Below the pieces are notes generated by a model. The model ran no database searches. It saw nothing but the letters and a program-made list of their open reading frames with translations, and was not told where the DNA came from. Of a stretch of DNA of 64,000 nt, positions 63,359-64,000 are shown one piece after another. The first letter of the stretch is position 1. Every line of letters starts with the position of its first letter. The stretch spans positions 31,496,001-31,560,000 of the forward strand of contig OZ320314.1 of NCBI GenBank assembly GCA_976226885.1. The letters run 5' to 3'. Source of the stretch: Iphione sp. A-MEVVRFRX5 (Eukaryota). Both the position numbers and the translations under genes were made by a program.

Positions 63359-63690
63359 GAGGTTTAAAAGAAAAAGCTACATTTCCAGTAACATATTAAC
63401 AAATGAGAGGGTCGGTAGGTGAGTTGGTTCATTTTTCTTTTCTTCAAGGCTAATTCATAATGAAAGTAACAAATCTGTAAGCATAACCTCTACTACCTAA
63501 ATGTTAATGAAAGTGGCATCATATAAAAGACCATAAGGAAGATGATGTATCGCATAAGTCTCTGTATCACATAAGTCTCTATCCTTATTCAGTCCGGATA
63601 TAGACACAAAACAGTAAAAGAAATCTCCATAAAGACAAAATTTAGGGTCGCTCGTGTTACAGGAAACGCTAATTTTTTTAGTAGGCCTTA
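63359..63690. mobile_element. MITE, AGGCC-terminal family, copy 4 (diverged)
   Basis: Left aggtttaaaagaaaaagctacatttccagtaac, right gttacaggaaacgctaatttttttagtaggcct. Confidence 0.6.
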
Positions 63691-64000
63691 TTGAAAGAAG
63701 TTGACGCATCTCATTTAAGTTGCAGGGGTCCTTGTCGTGTATGGTTCAGTTATATAGTGCTCTCTCTATTACTCTCCTGTAAAATGCACCGAGCAATCTA
63801 CCGATGTCGTAGATAATAGGACATTGAATAACAATGACCTTCTCGGTTCAGTTTTTGGTGATTTAATAAGATTGAAAGGTTGTTTTATATGTGACAAGTC
63901 AAGTGCAGTGCCTCCTCTCCCTTCTTGAGAGGACATGCAGTGTATCACGCCCTGAGACTTGCAGAGAGTGATGCAGTGGAGCTAGAATATATAGTTCCTC

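Overview
Eukaryotic (animal, probably invertebrate; inferred from intron style and TE families) intron-rich, AT-rich genomic DNA with no prokaryotic features. Most of the window is one large multi-exon gene on the + strand. I could chain exons by splice phase from 25347 to at least 62836; an exon at 10438 and possibly one at 8821 may be its 5' part, and no terminal exon is certain. The protein has two EF-hand-pair-like regions (42771-49342) that resemble, from memory, the C1orf87 family. The ORF track misses the most striking feature: an array of at least six homologous, frame-symmetric (phase 1-1) short exons (25347-34063; four are exactly 96 nt). Each encodes one copy of a conserved basic amphipathic peptide, [AG][FL]R[KR]AR[IVM][IML]Gx[LIM]x(A/S)(G/S)[FML], with heavily diverged synonymous sites. 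Probable decayed copies lie nearby, and more distantly similar basic motifs occur in phase 1-1 exons near the 3' end. A large intron holds a four-element TE nest: a CR1/L2-type LINE split by an RTE LINE (21-bp TSD; 5' end carries part of an HDV-like ribozyme fold) and by a second CR1/L2-type LINE, which is itself split by a TA-flanked pogo-like MITE. Also present are a Crypton/DUF3504-like tyrosine recombinase remnant, several MITEs, a 125-bp palindrome and tandem repeats. All exon calls are manual splice-site and phase inferences without transcript data.
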